Source: Eubacteriales bacterium (GTDB lineage Bacteria > Bacillota > Clostridia > Oscillospirales > CAG-272). Taken from it: a DNA stretch of 64,000 bases. The notes beneath the pieces were generated by a model. It was not told where the DNA came from, did no database searches, and saw nothing but the letters and a program-made list of their open reading frames with translations. The DNA lies in assembly GCA_045585835.1 (NCBI GenBank), contig JAZMZG010000017.1, forward strand, positions 23,377 to 87,376, in the 5' to 3' direction. The first letter of the stretch is position 1. Each line of letters begins with the position of its first letter. Below are positions 48,111 to 57,055 of this stretch, in pieces. The position numbers and the translations under genes are program-made.

Positions 48111-48137
48111 GACCTCGCCTTCAGTGAAGGCAAGGTC
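48111..48137. terminator. Terminator of the ferritin operon (bidirectional hairpin)
   Basis: gacctcgccttca gt gaaggcaaggtc flanked by A/T runs. Confidence 0.7.
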
Positions 48138-48146
48138 ATTTTATTT

Positions 48147-48656
48147 TTACAACACGAGTGACGGTGCGGTATATACTCTGCCTGCAAGCTCTTGGTTAAG
48201 CATATAAAGGCTCTTGGGGTCTGTACCGAAAAGCTCCATCTTCGTTATCATATCCTTTGCATTCGTTTCCTCCTCACCCTGCTCCTTTACGAACCAATCA
48301 AGAAACTGCATAGTGCGGAAATCCTTTACGTCGTATGCTGCGGCGTAGATATCGTTTATAAGCGAGGTCACGTACTTTTCGTGCTCAAGTCCCGCTTTTA
48401 AAACGTCGATATGCTCCGAAAATTCTTTGTCGGGTTTTGCTATCGCGTCAAGGGTAACAACTTGATCCTCATTTTGAAGATAAGTATAAAAGAGCATCGC
48501 ATGATCCCTCTCCTCTTGCGCTTGGATATAATACCAATTTGCAAAGCCGTCAAGCCCGACTCTCTTAAAATAGTTTGAAAAATCGAGATAAAGGTATGCA
48601 GAGTAAAACTCCTTATTGATCTGTGCGTTTAAAAGCTCATGTACTTTTGCGTTCAT
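48147..48656 (-). CDS. Ferritin (non-haem, Ftn-type)
   Basis: MNAKVHELLNAQINKEFYSAYLYLDFSNYF...QAQEERDHAMLFYTYL. AAGGAGGA RBS before ATG 48656. Confidence 0.88.
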   Translation of the reverse strand: MNAKVHELLNAQINKEFYSAYLYLDFSNYFKRVGLDGFANWYYIQAQEERDHAMLFYTYLQNEDQVVTLDAIAKPDKEFSEHIDVLKAGLEHEKYVTSLINDIYAAAYDVKDFRTMQFLDWFVKEQGEEETNAKDMITKMELFGTDPKSLYMLNQELAGRVYTAPSLVL

Positions 48657-48672
48657 AATATCCTCCTTAAAT

Positions 48673-50463
48673 TTATTGTATTTTTTCGAAATCGGATGCG
48701 GGGTGCTTGCAAAGCGGGCAAATATAATCATCGGGAAGTGTATCCCCCTCGTATACGTAGCCGCATATCTTGCAAACGTAGCCTTTTTTGCCCTCCGTCT
48801 TGGGTTTGGGCTTGACGTTTGACTGATAGTAGCTATAGGTCATCGTCTCCTTATCGGATATGACTCTCGATTCTGTTACGGCGCAGATAAACATACCGTG
48901 GGTATCGAGGTCAACGTACTGCTCTACCTTGAGTGACATAAATGCGTTTATATATCTTGGGAGGAACACAAGTCCGTTGTCGCTTCGAAGCGGCGTACAG
49001 TCTGCAAATTTATCCTTATTTCTTCCGCTTACAAACCCGAATGCCTCAAATACCGAGAAGGGCGCTTCTGTCGAAAGGCAGTTTATGTTCATTTTGCCCG
49101 TTTGCTTTATGACGTGATGCGAATAATTGTCCTTATTTATCGTCACGGCAATTCTGTTTGGAGTGCTCGTTACTTGGGTTACGGTATTTACGATAAGTCC
49201 GTTATCCTTCTTGCCGTCATTTGACGTCACAACGTAAAGACCGTAGCCTATCTTGAACATCGCCGAAAGGTCATTCTTATTTGCGGTATCGTCACGTCTT
49301 GCAAGGTATTCCTTGCAAAGCTCCTCTGCCATAGCTTCAAGCTGTGCAGAGCTTTCATCGTTTAAAGCGGAGCGTATCTTGACGGCTGTTTCGGTAAAGC
49401 TTATATTACTTGACTTTGCAAACATCTCACGCATAATCTTTGCCGCAAGAGGAGCCCAGCTTCCGTTTTCGATAAGTGCAACCGTGCGGTTTTGGAAGTT
49501 TCTCTCGGTGAGGTGATGGATAAAGTCACGCATGAACGGGAAAATGCCCGCATTATAGGTCGTGGTTGCCAAAACGAGCTTTCCGTAGCGGAATGCATCT
49601 GCGACAGCCTGTGCCATATCGCACCTTGCAAGGTCGTGTACCACTACCTTGGGACAGCCGTTTACAGTGAGCTTTTCGGCAAGTTTTAAAACCGCCTTCT
49701 TCGTGTTGCCGTATACAGACGTATATGCGATAACTATGCCGTCTTCCTCTACCTGATAGCTTGACCACGTGTTATAAAGTCCAAGATAGTAGCCGAGATT
49801 ATCCGAAAGCACGGGTCCGTGAAGCGGACATATCTTCTCGATATCCAAAGCCGCCGCTTTTTTAAGAAGCGCTTGTACCTGTGCGCCGTATTTTCCGACG
49901 ATACCGATATAGTAGCGTCTTGCTTCGTCCGCCCACGCCTCGTCTGCGTTAAGGTCGCCGAATTTGCCAAAGCCGTCTGCGGAAAAGAGCACCTTGTCGT
50001 AAGAGTCATAGGTAACTATGACCTCAGGCCAATGCACCATCGGTGCGGTAACAAACGTAAGAACGTGTTTTCCGAGCGAAAGGGTATCCCCCTCTCCGAC
50101 AACTATTCTTCTGTCTTCAAACTCCGTACCGAAAAAGTTTTTCATCATCGCAAAGGCTTTTTGCGAGGAAACTATTACGGTATCGGGATATGCTTTCAAA
50201 AACGTTACAATATTTGCCGAGTGGTCGGGCTCCATGTGCTGTACAACAAGATAATCGGGCTTTCTTTCACCGAGCGTATTTTGTATATTGTCGAGCCATT
50301 CGTGTCCAAAGGATGCATCAACCGTATCCATTACAGCTATCTTCTCGTCGATTATCGCATAGGAATTATAGGATATTCCGTTTGGTATGGCATACTGCCC
50401 TTCGAAAAGGTCGGTCTTTCTGTCGTTTACGCCGATGTATCTGATGTCGTTTGTAATTTTCAT
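48673..50463 (-). CDS. Multidomain flavodiiron protein: metallo-beta-lactamase-like diiron domain, flavodoxin-like domain, flavin-reductase-like domain, C-terminal rubredoxin
   Basis: Diiron motif VVQHMEPDHSAN. Flavodoxin-like IAYTSVYGNTKK. Flavin-reductase-like LYVVTSNDGKKDNGLIVNTVTQV. Rubredoxin YVCKICGYVYEGDTLPDDYICPLCKHP. Confidence 0.85.
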   Translation of the reverse strand: MKITNDIRYIGVNDRKTDLFEGQYAIPNGISYNSYAIIDEKIAVMDTVDASFGHEWLDNIQNTLGERKPDYLVVQHMEPDHSANIVTFLKAYPDTVIVSSQKAFAMMKNFFGTEFEDRRIVVGEGDTLSLGKHVLTFVTAPMVHWPEVIVTYDSYDKVLFSADGFGKFGDLNADEAWADEARRYYIGIVGKYGAQVQALLKKAAALDIEKICPLHGPVLSDNLGYYLGLYNTWSSYQVEEDGIVIAYTSVYGNTKKAVLKLAEKLTVNGCPKVVVHDLARCDMAQAVADAFRYGKLVLATTTYNAGIFPFMRDFIHHLTERNFQNRTVALIENGSWAPLAAKIMREMFAKSSNISFTETAVKIRSALNDESSAQLEAMAEELCKEYLARRDDTANKNDLSAMFKIGYGLYVVTSNDGKKDNGLIVNTVTQVTSTPNRIAVTINKDNYSHHVIKQTGKMNINCLSTEAPFSVFEAFGFVSGRNKDKFADCTPLRSDNGLVFLPRYINAFMSLKVEQYVDLDTHGMFICAVTESRVISDKETMTYSYYQSNVKPKPKTEGKKGYVCKICGYVYEGDTLPDDYICPLCKHPASDFEKIQ

Positions 50464-50484
50464 ATAGATATCCTCACTTATTAT

Positions 50485-51162
50485 TTATTCAAGTATCATT
50501 CCGTCCGTGCTTATCGTAACGACCTGCCACGGTATAAACTTTCCGCTTCTTTGGAGTGCCGTTTTTACCGCATTTTCAAGTCCTGCACAGCAAGGCACTT
50601 CCATTCTTACTATTTTGACGCTTCTTATATCGTTATTTTTGATTATCTGTGTGAGCTTCTCGCTGTAGTCACAATTATCAAGCTTGGGGCAGCCTATAAG
50701 CGTTATGCGGTTTCTTATGAATTCGTTATGGAAATTGCCGTATGCGTATGCGGTGCAATCTGCGGCAACAAGTAGGTCTGCGCCGTCAAAATACGGTGCG
50801 CTTATGGGCACGAGCTTTATTTGGCATGGCCATTGGGAAAGCATACTCGGACATTTTGCGGCGGGCGGCTGCTTTTCCCTTTTTATCATTTTTGAACTGG
50901 TACCGGGGCATGCGCACGGCGTTTTTTCGTTTTTTGATTTTGCTACCGCCTCCGAATCATATGCGGGCGCTTCCCTTTCCTCAAACGATATTGCGCCCGT
51001 CGGACAAGCGGGAAGGCAATCACCGAGTCCGTCACAGTAATTTTCGCGTGTAAGCTTTGCTTTGCCGTTTATCATTTCTATTGCGCCTTCGTGACAAGCG
51101 TTTGCACAAGCGGCGCATCCGTTGCATTTTTCTTCGTCTATCTTTATTATCCTTCTTACCAT
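50485..51162 (-). CDS. 4Fe-4S dicluster domain protein with a Cys-rich C-terminal domain
   Basis: CNGCAACANACHEGAI and CDGLGDCLPACPTGAI, with C-terminal ...IGCPKLDN...EVPCCAGL. Confidence 0.75.
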   Translation of the reverse strand: MVRRIIKIDEEKCNGCAACANACHEGAIEMINGKAKLTRENYCDGLGDCLPACPTGAISFEEREAPAYDSEAVAKSKNEKTPCACPGTSSKMIKREKQPPAAKCPSMLSQWPCQIKLVPISAPYFDGADLLVAADCTAYAYGNFHNEFIRNRITLIGCPKLDNCDYSEKLTQIIKNNDIRSVKIVRMEVPCCAGLENAVKTALQRSGKFIPWQVVTISTDGMILE

Positions 51163-51178
51163 TTGCTCCTCCTTTTAT

Positions 51179-52213
51179 TTAAAAGCATTTACCGCTTTTG
51201 CAATCCTTCGTTTCTCCTCCCCTGTAGCAAAGCTCGTTTTCGCACTGACCTTTTTCCGTAAAAGTAATGAGATTCTTCACCGTAGTTTCAGCGATATTTT
51301 CAAGCGCCTCTTGCGTTAAGAAGGCTTGGTGAGAGGTAACTATAACGTTCGGCATCGAAATAAGTCTTGCCAAAACATCATCTTCAACGATGTGTCCGGA
51401 ATTATCGTTGAAAAACAGCTCGGACTCCTCCTCGTATACGTCAAGGCACGCTGCTCCAACCTTGCGTGATTTTATCGCCGCAACCAGAGCTTCGGCATCG
51501 ACTAAAGCGCCTCTTGACGTGTTTATAAGCACTACGCCCTTTTTGCATTTTTCAAGGCTTTCGGCGTTTATCATATGATAAGTTTCTTCATTAAGCGGAA
51601 GGTGGAGCGAGATAACGTCGCTTTTTTCGAAAAGCTCCGAAAGCTCTGTGTATCTTACCCTCTCTCCGTCTTGAAAATCTTTTACGGGGAATTTATCGTA
51701 GGCAAGCACGTTCATTCCAAAGCCCTTGCATATATCAGCAAATACTCTGCCTATCTTACCCGTACCGATAATGCCTACGGTCTTCCCGTGAAGGTCAAAT
51801 CCCGTAAGGCCCGCAAGGCTGAAATTAAAATCCTTCGACCTTATATACGCCTTGTGTATCCTTCTTACAGACGTCAGCAAAAGCGCCATCGCATGCTCCG
51901 CTACCGCATAGGGTGAATATGCGGGCACCCTCAATACGTGAAGCTTTCCCAAAGCATATTCCATATCGACGTTGTTAAAGCCTGCGCATCTCAATAAAAC
52001 AATCTTTATGCCCGCTTTGCACAGCTTGTCTATTACAGCTCGGTCTACGGTGTCGTTTACGAATATGCATACGCCGTCGTATCCGTTTGCAAGCTCCGCC
52101 GTGTCTTCGCTAAGCTTCGTTTCAAAATATTTAAACGTCACTCCATACTCTTTTCCGTATTTGTCAAATGACGGGATATCGTACGGTTTTGTGTCAAAAA
52201 AAGTAATTTTCAT
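51179..52213 (-). CDS. ldhA: D-lactate dehydrogenase / D-2-hydroxyacid dehydrogenase
   Basis: MKITFFDTKPYDIPSFDKYGKEYGVTFKYFETKL...GIIGTGKIGRVFA... AAGGTGG RBS before ATG 52213. Extra Cys-rich tail CYRGGETKDCKSGKCF. Confidence 0.85.
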   Translation of the reverse strand: MKITFFDTKPYDIPSFDKYGKEYGVTFKYFETKLSEDTAELANGYDGVCIFVNDTVDRAVIDKLCKAGIKIVLLRCAGFNNVDMEYALGKLHVLRVPAYSPYAVAEHAMALLLTSVRRIHKAYIRSKDFNFSLAGLTGFDLHGKTVGIIGTGKIGRVFADICKGFGMNVLAYDKFPVKDFQDGERVRYTELSELFEKSDVISLHLPLNEETYHMINAESLEKCKKGVVLINTSRGALVDAEALVAAIKSRKVGAACLDVYEEESELFFNDNSGHIVEDDVLARLISMPNVIVTSHQAFLTQEALENIAETTVKNLITFTEKGQCENELCYRGGETKDCKSGKCF

Positions 52214-52268
52214 AAGTTTACCACCTTGATTTTGTAATTTAATTATAGTACAATGAATTGGGAAAATA

Positions 52269-52284
52269 TGTTGAATTTTCAACA
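52269..52284. promoter_or_regulatory. Palindrome TGTTGAA-tt-TTCAACA in the ldhA/crp divergent region (candidate Crp/Fnr-family operator)
   Basis: 7-bp perfect arms. It ends 12 nt upstream of the regulator's ATG. Half-sites resemble TTGA/TCAA, but the spacing differs from the classical FNR TTGAT-N4-ATCAA. Confidence 0.35.
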
Positions 52285-52296
52285 AAAAGGAGAAAA

Positions 52297-52962
52297 ATGG
52301 AAAAATATTTTGATATTTTGAAAAAATGTTCCCTCTTTGACTGTGTTGACAAGGACTCTCTTTTTGTAATGCTCAAATGTCTTAATGCAAAAGTGGAAGC
52401 ATTCGATAAAAAATATACTGTCATCGCAGAGGGCGGTGCGGCAAAATACATAGGCATAGTTCTTTCGGGAAGCGTCGTAATGACGCGTACAGACTATTAC
52501 GGCAACAGAAGTTTTCTTGCGCGTTTCGGGCAAGGCGAAATATTTTCGGAGGTCTTTGCGTGCTCTGAGATTGATACTGTACCCGTTTGCTTTACTGCCG
52601 ATGAAAAAAGCGAGATAATGCTCATCGGCAGCGACCATATACTTCATACTTGTTCAAATAACTGTACGTTTCACAAGCAGCTTATTTTCAACTTGATGAA
52701 AAATATAGCCTCAAAAGCACTCGTGTTTCATCAAAAGATAGAGATAATCTCAAAGCGTACAACGAGGTCAAAGCTTATGGCTTATCTTACTATGTGTGCA
52801 AAAAAATCAAAAAATAACGTTTTTGAAATAGAATTTGACCGTCAAGAGCTTGCGGATTATTTGGAGGTCGACAGAAGCGGACTTTCCGCAGAAATAAGCA
52901 AGCTTCGGAGCGAAGGCGTGTTAAATTGTCAAAAAAATCGCTTCGAACTGTATTTGACGTGA
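52297..52962 (+). CDS. Crp/Fnr-family transcriptional regulator
   Basis: cNMP-binding-like N-terminus (FDILKKCSLFDCVDKDSL...GEIFSE). C-terminal HTH (RQELADYLEVDRSGLSAEISKLRSEGVL). AAGGAGA RBS before ATG 52297. Confidence 0.85.
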   Translation: MEKYFDILKKCSLFDCVDKDSLFVMLKCLNAKVEAFDKKYTVIAEGGAAKYIGIVLSGSVVMTRTDYYGNRSFLARFGQGEIFSEVFACSEIDTVPVCFTADEKSEIMLIGSDHILHTCSNNCTFHKQLIFNLMKNIASKALVFHQKIEIISKRTTRSKLMAYLTMCAKKSKNNVFEIEFDRQELADYLEVDRSGLSAEISKLRSEGVLNCQKNRFELYLT

Positions 52963-52991
52963 TTGACATAGCTTTGGTGCGGTGATATAAT
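52963..52991 (+). promoter_or_regulatory. Sigma-A promoter with extended -10
   Basis: TTGACA, 17-nt spacer ending in gtga (TGn), TATAAT. Confidence 0.65.
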
Positions 52992-52998
52992 AGCTTTA

Positions 52999-53040
52999 AG
53001 ACAGTTCGTGACCATCCTGTCTATAATTAAAACTACGGAG
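52999..53040 (+). promoter_or_regulatory. preQ1-I riboswitch
   Basis: AGACAGUUCGUGACCAUCCUGUCUAUAAUUAAAACUACGGAG compares with B. subtilis queC AGAGGUUCUAGCUACACCCUCUAUAAAAAACUAAGG. It has a 5-bp P1, a 12-nt loop starting UUC, and an A-rich tail ending in the SD. Confidence 0.85.
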
Positions 53041-53046
53041 ATTATT

Positions 53047-53772
53047 ATGAATAATAACAAGAAAAGCGTTTTCGGCGAGCTTTCGCTGCTTATTCGCTGT
53101 GTGCCGACTACGGCGCTCGTTTTGCTTATAATAACGGTGTTTTCAATGAACCTATTGGCAAACAAGAGTATAGACACCGGCTCGCAGATTTTCGTTCTTG
53201 ACTGCGGTATGCTTGTATCTTGGGTCGCTTTTTTGATACTTGACGTGCTTACAAAGCACTTCGGACCAAGGGCAGCAACTCTTTTGTCGGTTTTTGCGAC
53301 TGCGGTAAACCTCATCGTGTGTATCGTATTTTTTCTCGTAAGTCTCGTTCCGGGTACTTGGGGGCAAGCTGATACAGAAAATGCAAAGATAATAAACGAT
53401 GCGCTTGATAAGACCTTCGGCGGCTCTTGGTACGTAATTTTGGGGAGTGCGGCGGCCTTCCTCGTTTCGTCGATCGTAAATAATTTCGTAAATCATTTCA
53501 TCGGCAAAGCCTTCAAAAAGCAAGACGGTATGCGTGTATTTTTACTTCGCTCATACGTTTCGACCGCATTGGGACAATTTGCAGACAACCTCGTTTTTGC
53601 TCTCTTGGTCAGCCGTGCTTTCTTCGGATGGACTTTTTTACAATGCGTCGTTTGCGCCGCTTTCGGAATGGCAACAGAGCTTTTATGCGAGGGCGTATTT
53701 GCGCCGCTTGGATATAAGATATGCAAGTCTTGGCGTAAAAACAACGTAGGAGGAGAGTACATAAACAGATGA
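53047..53772 (+). CDS. VUT-family (YhhQ/DUF165) queuosine-precursor transporter
   Basis: Multi-TM. ...NNFVNHFIGKAF...SYVSTALGQFADNLVFALLV. Known genomic association with the preQ1 riboswitch. Confidence 0.8.
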   Translation: MNNNKKSVFGELSLLIRCVPTTALVLLIITVFSMNLLANKSIDTGSQIFVLDCGMLVSWVAFLILDVLTKHFGPRAATLLSVFATAVNLIVCIVFFLVSLVPGTWGQADTENAKIINDALDKTFGGSWYVILGSAAAFLVSSIVNNFVNHFIGKAFKKQDGMRVFLLRSYVSTALGQFADNLVFALLVSRAFFGWTFLQCVVCAAFGMATELLCEGVFAPLGYKICKSWRKNNVGGEYINR

Positions 53773-54416
53773 AAATTCTTATAACGGGCACATCAAAAGG
53801 TATCGGCAAGGCGATAGCCGAGGAATTTTTAAGTAATGGCCACAACGTCATCGGAATCGATATTCTCCCCGCCTCTGTCACCTCAAATAATTATACCCAT
53901 TTTAAGACGGATATATTAAACGGAAATCTTCCCGAAATCGACGGAGTCGAGATACTCATAAACAATGCGGGCGTACAGGACAGCGGAAACGATATAGACG
54001 TAAATTTGAAAGCTACGATTCGCATAACGGAAAAATACGGCTTTCAAGGCTCAATAAAAAGTATACTCTTTATCGCCTCGGCGAGCGGCTCTACGGGTGC
54101 GGAATTCCCCGAATACGCCGCAAGTAAGGGCGGAGTTATAGCATATATGAAAAACGTCGCTCTGCGCTCGGCAAAGGGCAAGGTTACGGTAAACAGCCTA
54201 TCTCCCGGAGGAGTCTTAACGGCGCTTAACGAGCACGTTATAAACGACCCTGTACTTTGGGAAAAGGTGCTTGACGAATCCCTTTTGGGAAAATGGGCAA
54301 GTGCGCAAGAAATTGCAAAATGGGCGTATTTTTTGACGGTCGTAAACAAATCAATGACCGCACAGGATTTACTTATTGACAACGGCGAAGCCGCAAAATC
54401 TAATTTTATTTGGTAA
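53769..54416 (+). CDS. Short-chain dehydrogenase/reductase (SDR)
   Basis: ITGTSKGIGKAIA (TGxxxGxG), NNAG, and catalytic YAASK. Confidence 0.8.
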   Translation: MKILITGTSKGIGKAIAEEFLSNGHNVIGIDILPASVTSNNYTHFKTDILNGNLPEIDGVEILINNAGVQDSGNDIDVNLKATIRITEKYGFQGSIKSILFIASASGSTGAEFPEYAASKGGVIAYMKNVALRSAKGKVTVNSLSPGGVLTALNEHVINDPVLWEKVLDESLLGKWASAQEIAKWAYFLTVVNKSMTAQDLLIDNGEAAKSNFIW

Positions 54417-54431
54417 GATAAGGAAAGTATT

Positions 54432-55103
54432 ATGTTTAAAAACAAGACTTTTGCATTTTTGGGAGACAGCATCACTTTAGGCTATGCACTCGAGGACAGA
54501 ACAAACAGATTTGCAACCGTACTTTCAAAAAGACTCGGTGCAATTGAGGAAAACTACGGTATAACCGGCACGCTCGTTGCAAGGGCGGGCCTTAGCAGAG
54601 ATAACGGCACCTCCTATATTGCGAGGATACAGAATACGGATAATGACGAATATGCAGTCGTTTTCGGCGGAACGAATGATTATTTCTGGAGCGATATGCC
54701 TATTTGCCCTGACGGTGAAAGTGACGACGTGGGATATTTCACCGTAGCCTTGGAAAAAATATGCGCTCACCTTTTGGAGCACCACGAAAAAAATAAGATA
54801 CTTATAGTTACCCCCTACCCTCACCACGGCATCGGAAACTTTAAGGGCGGTGCCGACTTTAAAGATAAAAGCGAGCACGATACAAGTGACTTAAACTTCA
54901 ACGGCTACTGTATCGGGGACTATGCACAAAAGACCGTCGAGATCGCAAATAAGTTTGGGATACCCGTGCTTGACCTTTATACGAATTCCGATTTCGATTG
55001 GAAAAAATATACCGTTGACGGCTGTCACCCGAATAATGACGGGCACCTTTGGCTTGCCGATAAAATTGAGAAAAAGCTATACGAAATTGCAAATAACCGA
55101 TAA
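54432..55103 (+). CDS. SGNH/GDSL-family hydrolase
   Basis: Block I FLGDSITLGY, block III GGTNDY, block V DGCHPN. Confidence 0.8.
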   Translation: MFKNKTFAFLGDSITLGYALEDRTNRFATVLSKRLGAIEENYGITGTLVARAGLSRDNGTSYIARIQNTDNDEYAVVFGGTNDYFWSDMPICPDGESDDVGYFTVALEKICAHLLEHHEKNKILIVTPYPHHGIGNFKGGADFKDKSEHDTSDLNFNGYCIGDYAQKTVEIANKFGIPVLDLYTNSDFDWKKYTVDGCHPNNDGHLWLADKIEKKLYEIANNR

Positions 55104-55117
55104 ACAAGGAGAATTAA

Positions 55118-55495
55118 ATGAAAATTGCACTGATTGCACACGACAAAAAGAAACCCGAGATAATTGAACTTGCTATTGCTTATAAAGACGTACTCGCTTG
55201 TCACGAGCTTTATGCTACGGGCACTACGGGCACGCTTATTATGGGCGAAACCTCGCTTTCGATACATAGAATGAAAAGCGGTCCTATGGGCGGTGACCAA
55301 CAAATCGGCGCTATGCTCGCTGACGGAAATCTTGACCTTATCATATTCCTTCGCGATCCCCTTACCGCACAGCCTCACGAGCCTGACGTTTCGGCTCTGC
55401 TGCGCCTTTGCGACGTGCAAAAAATACCGCTCGCAACGAATACGAGCACCGCAAAAATTATTTTGGAATCACTTAAATGTAAAAATGAACTGTAA
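55118..55495 (+). CDS. mgsA: Methylglyoxal synthase
   Basis: [17 protein letters not shown]...LYATGTTG...[11 protein letters not shown]...[15 protein letters not shown]. Confidence 0.92.
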   Translation: MKIALIAHDKKKPEIIELAIAYKDVLACHELYATGTTGTLIMGETSLSIHRMKSGPMGGDQQIGAMLADGNLDLIIFLRDPLTAQPHEPDVSALLRLCDVQKIPLATNTSTAKIILESLKCKNEL

Positions 55496-55522
55496 AAAAC
55501 GGGAGGAAAAACCTCCCGTTTT
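55496..55522. terminator. Bidirectional terminator
   Basis: aaaacgggagg aaaaa cctcccgtttt. Confidence 0.75.
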
Positions 55523-55523
55523 C

Positions 55524-57032
55524 TTATTTTTTAGGTATAAGTATAAACTTTTTGTTTTTCAACTGCTCCGAATCGAGCATATTTATCTTTGCTATCTGTT
55601 GCGTACTTGCCTTGTGTTTTTTGCCTATATCCCATAAGGTTTCGTCCTTATCGGGATAATATATGAGCATTGAGCATTCTTTATCAAGAGTCTCCCTCTC
55701 GCTTTTTACTATCTGCGTCACGCACTCAATGTTGCTTTGCGAGAAAGCGTTTATGCTCGCTACAACGTCTATTTCAAGCTCAAATCCGCCGTCCTTGTTT
55801 TTGAAATTCACCTTATCCGCCGTAAGCTTTATAACTGTGGTCTCGGCATTTTCCGCAAGCTTTACGGAAACGTCAAAGGTTATATCATGCTCGTATGCGC
55901 TCATACCGCCGCTTTCCGTCTTTACAAGCAGATTACACGAGCATACTCCCTCTCCGTAAAGCATTTCTCCGTCACGCCTCGTTTTCGAAAGCTCGGGAGT
56001 AGTGCGAAGCGCCAAAAGCTCCTTTATCTCGCCGTCGTTTTCGATAAAATCTTTTACGGTAAATTCTTTTTCGAATATACCATTTGTCTTGCCCGCCGAA
56101 ATCTCGGTTGTTTCAAGCGTTGACTTGCAGTCGGTACAGTATGCATCGCAAACGTACGTGATCTCATCGCTTGTAAATACAAGCGCCTTCGCAAAAAGCT
56201 CAAAGTCAAGGGCAAGGTGGCGGTTTTCTCCGTTTGAGTCGGAAATTACGGCACACTTGGGAGAGCATACGAAAAGCTCGGAGCTTACTAAGTCCGTTTC
56301 TGCTGCTTTTATAAGCTTAGTAAGAGGGAGGGCTGTTTTGTAGCTTACGTATTCACCGTCTGCGGCGGTATATATAAGCGACAGCTGTGCGTCGGAGCTT
56401 ATAATTAGTCCGTCGCTTCTTTGTTGCGTCTTCGTCGCACCTTGCATAAGCTCCCAATATATTAGCTCCTCTATGGGCGGATATTCGGAAGGAATTATAA
56501 AGTCCTCCGTAAATCTGCTCTTTTCCGACTCGAGTACTTCATATGTAAAGACCTTCGTCTGTTTTTGCATAATCTCGACGTTCTCAACGTCGGGAAGCAC
56601 AAGGCTTTGGCTATTGCAAAGATAAACCGAAAAGTCGCAGTCCATACTTACCGTAAGCTTTCTTGTGCCGTATATTCTGACGGAAGGCTCACGGCAGGAA
56701 AGAGTAATGTCCAAAAGCTGTGTACTTGCATCTACGTCCCATTTTGCTTCGAATTCCTGTTCAAAGCAAAAACGGTGAAGTACGGTATCCTTATCGCTAT
56801 AGTACAGTATACTGTAGCTTGCTTCACCCGATACGGATAACACGCCGTCCGAAATCTCGCTTTCGGTCACGAGCGTTTTTGCACTGCAGTCTATTATCCT
56901 TGCAAGATCCTCATAAAAATCGGGAAGGCTTATTTCCTGCGATAACTGTTTTCCGAGCGAAAGCTTAAACGGTGCGGAAAGTACTTTCCTTACAGCTTTA
57001 TCGGCTTCTAAATAAAAATCCATTTCGTCCAC
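55524..57032 (-). CDS. DUF3794-repeat protein with C-terminal LysM domain (sporulation-associated in Clostridia)
   Basis: 502 aa. C-terminus YYPDKDETLWDIGKKHKASTQQIAKINMLDSEQLKNKKFILIP is LysM-like. The N-terminal architecture is typical of DUF3794 proteins. Confidence 0.6.
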   Translation of the reverse strand: MDEMDFYLEADKAVRKVLSAPFKLSLGKQLSQEISLPDFYEDLARIIDCSAKTLVTESEISDGVLSVSGEASYSILYYSDKDTVLHRFCFEQEFEAKWDVDASTQLLDITLSCREPSVRIYGTRKLTVSMDCDFSVYLCNSQSLVLPDVENVEIMQKQTKVFTYEVLESEKSRFTEDFIIPSEYPPIEELIYWELMQGATKTQQRSDGLIISSDAQLSLIYTAADGEYVSYKTALPLTKLIKAAETDLVSSELFVCSPKCAVISDSNGENRHLALDFELFAKALVFTSDEITYVCDAYCTDCKSTLETTEISAGKTNGIFEKEFTVKDFIENDGEIKELLALRTTPELSKTRRDGEMLYGEGVCSCNLLVKTESGGMSAYEHDITFDVSVKLAENAETTVIKLTADKVNFKNKDGGFELEIDVVASINAFSQSNIECVTQIVKSERETLDKECSMLIYYPDKDETLWDIGKKHKASTQQIAKINMLDSEQLKNKKFILIPKK

Positions 57033-57055
57033 CTCTTTTTAATATTTGTTAAATT

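Noticed and set aside
49819-50775. 318-aa plus-strand ORF across the FDP / 4Fe-4S gene junction
   Set aside because: It is antisense to two well-supported genes. The translation is Tyr/Arg/Phe-rich with no motifs, so it is a shadow ORF. The same reasoning applies to 4397-4999, 16046-16510, 45928-46632 and 37809-38387.
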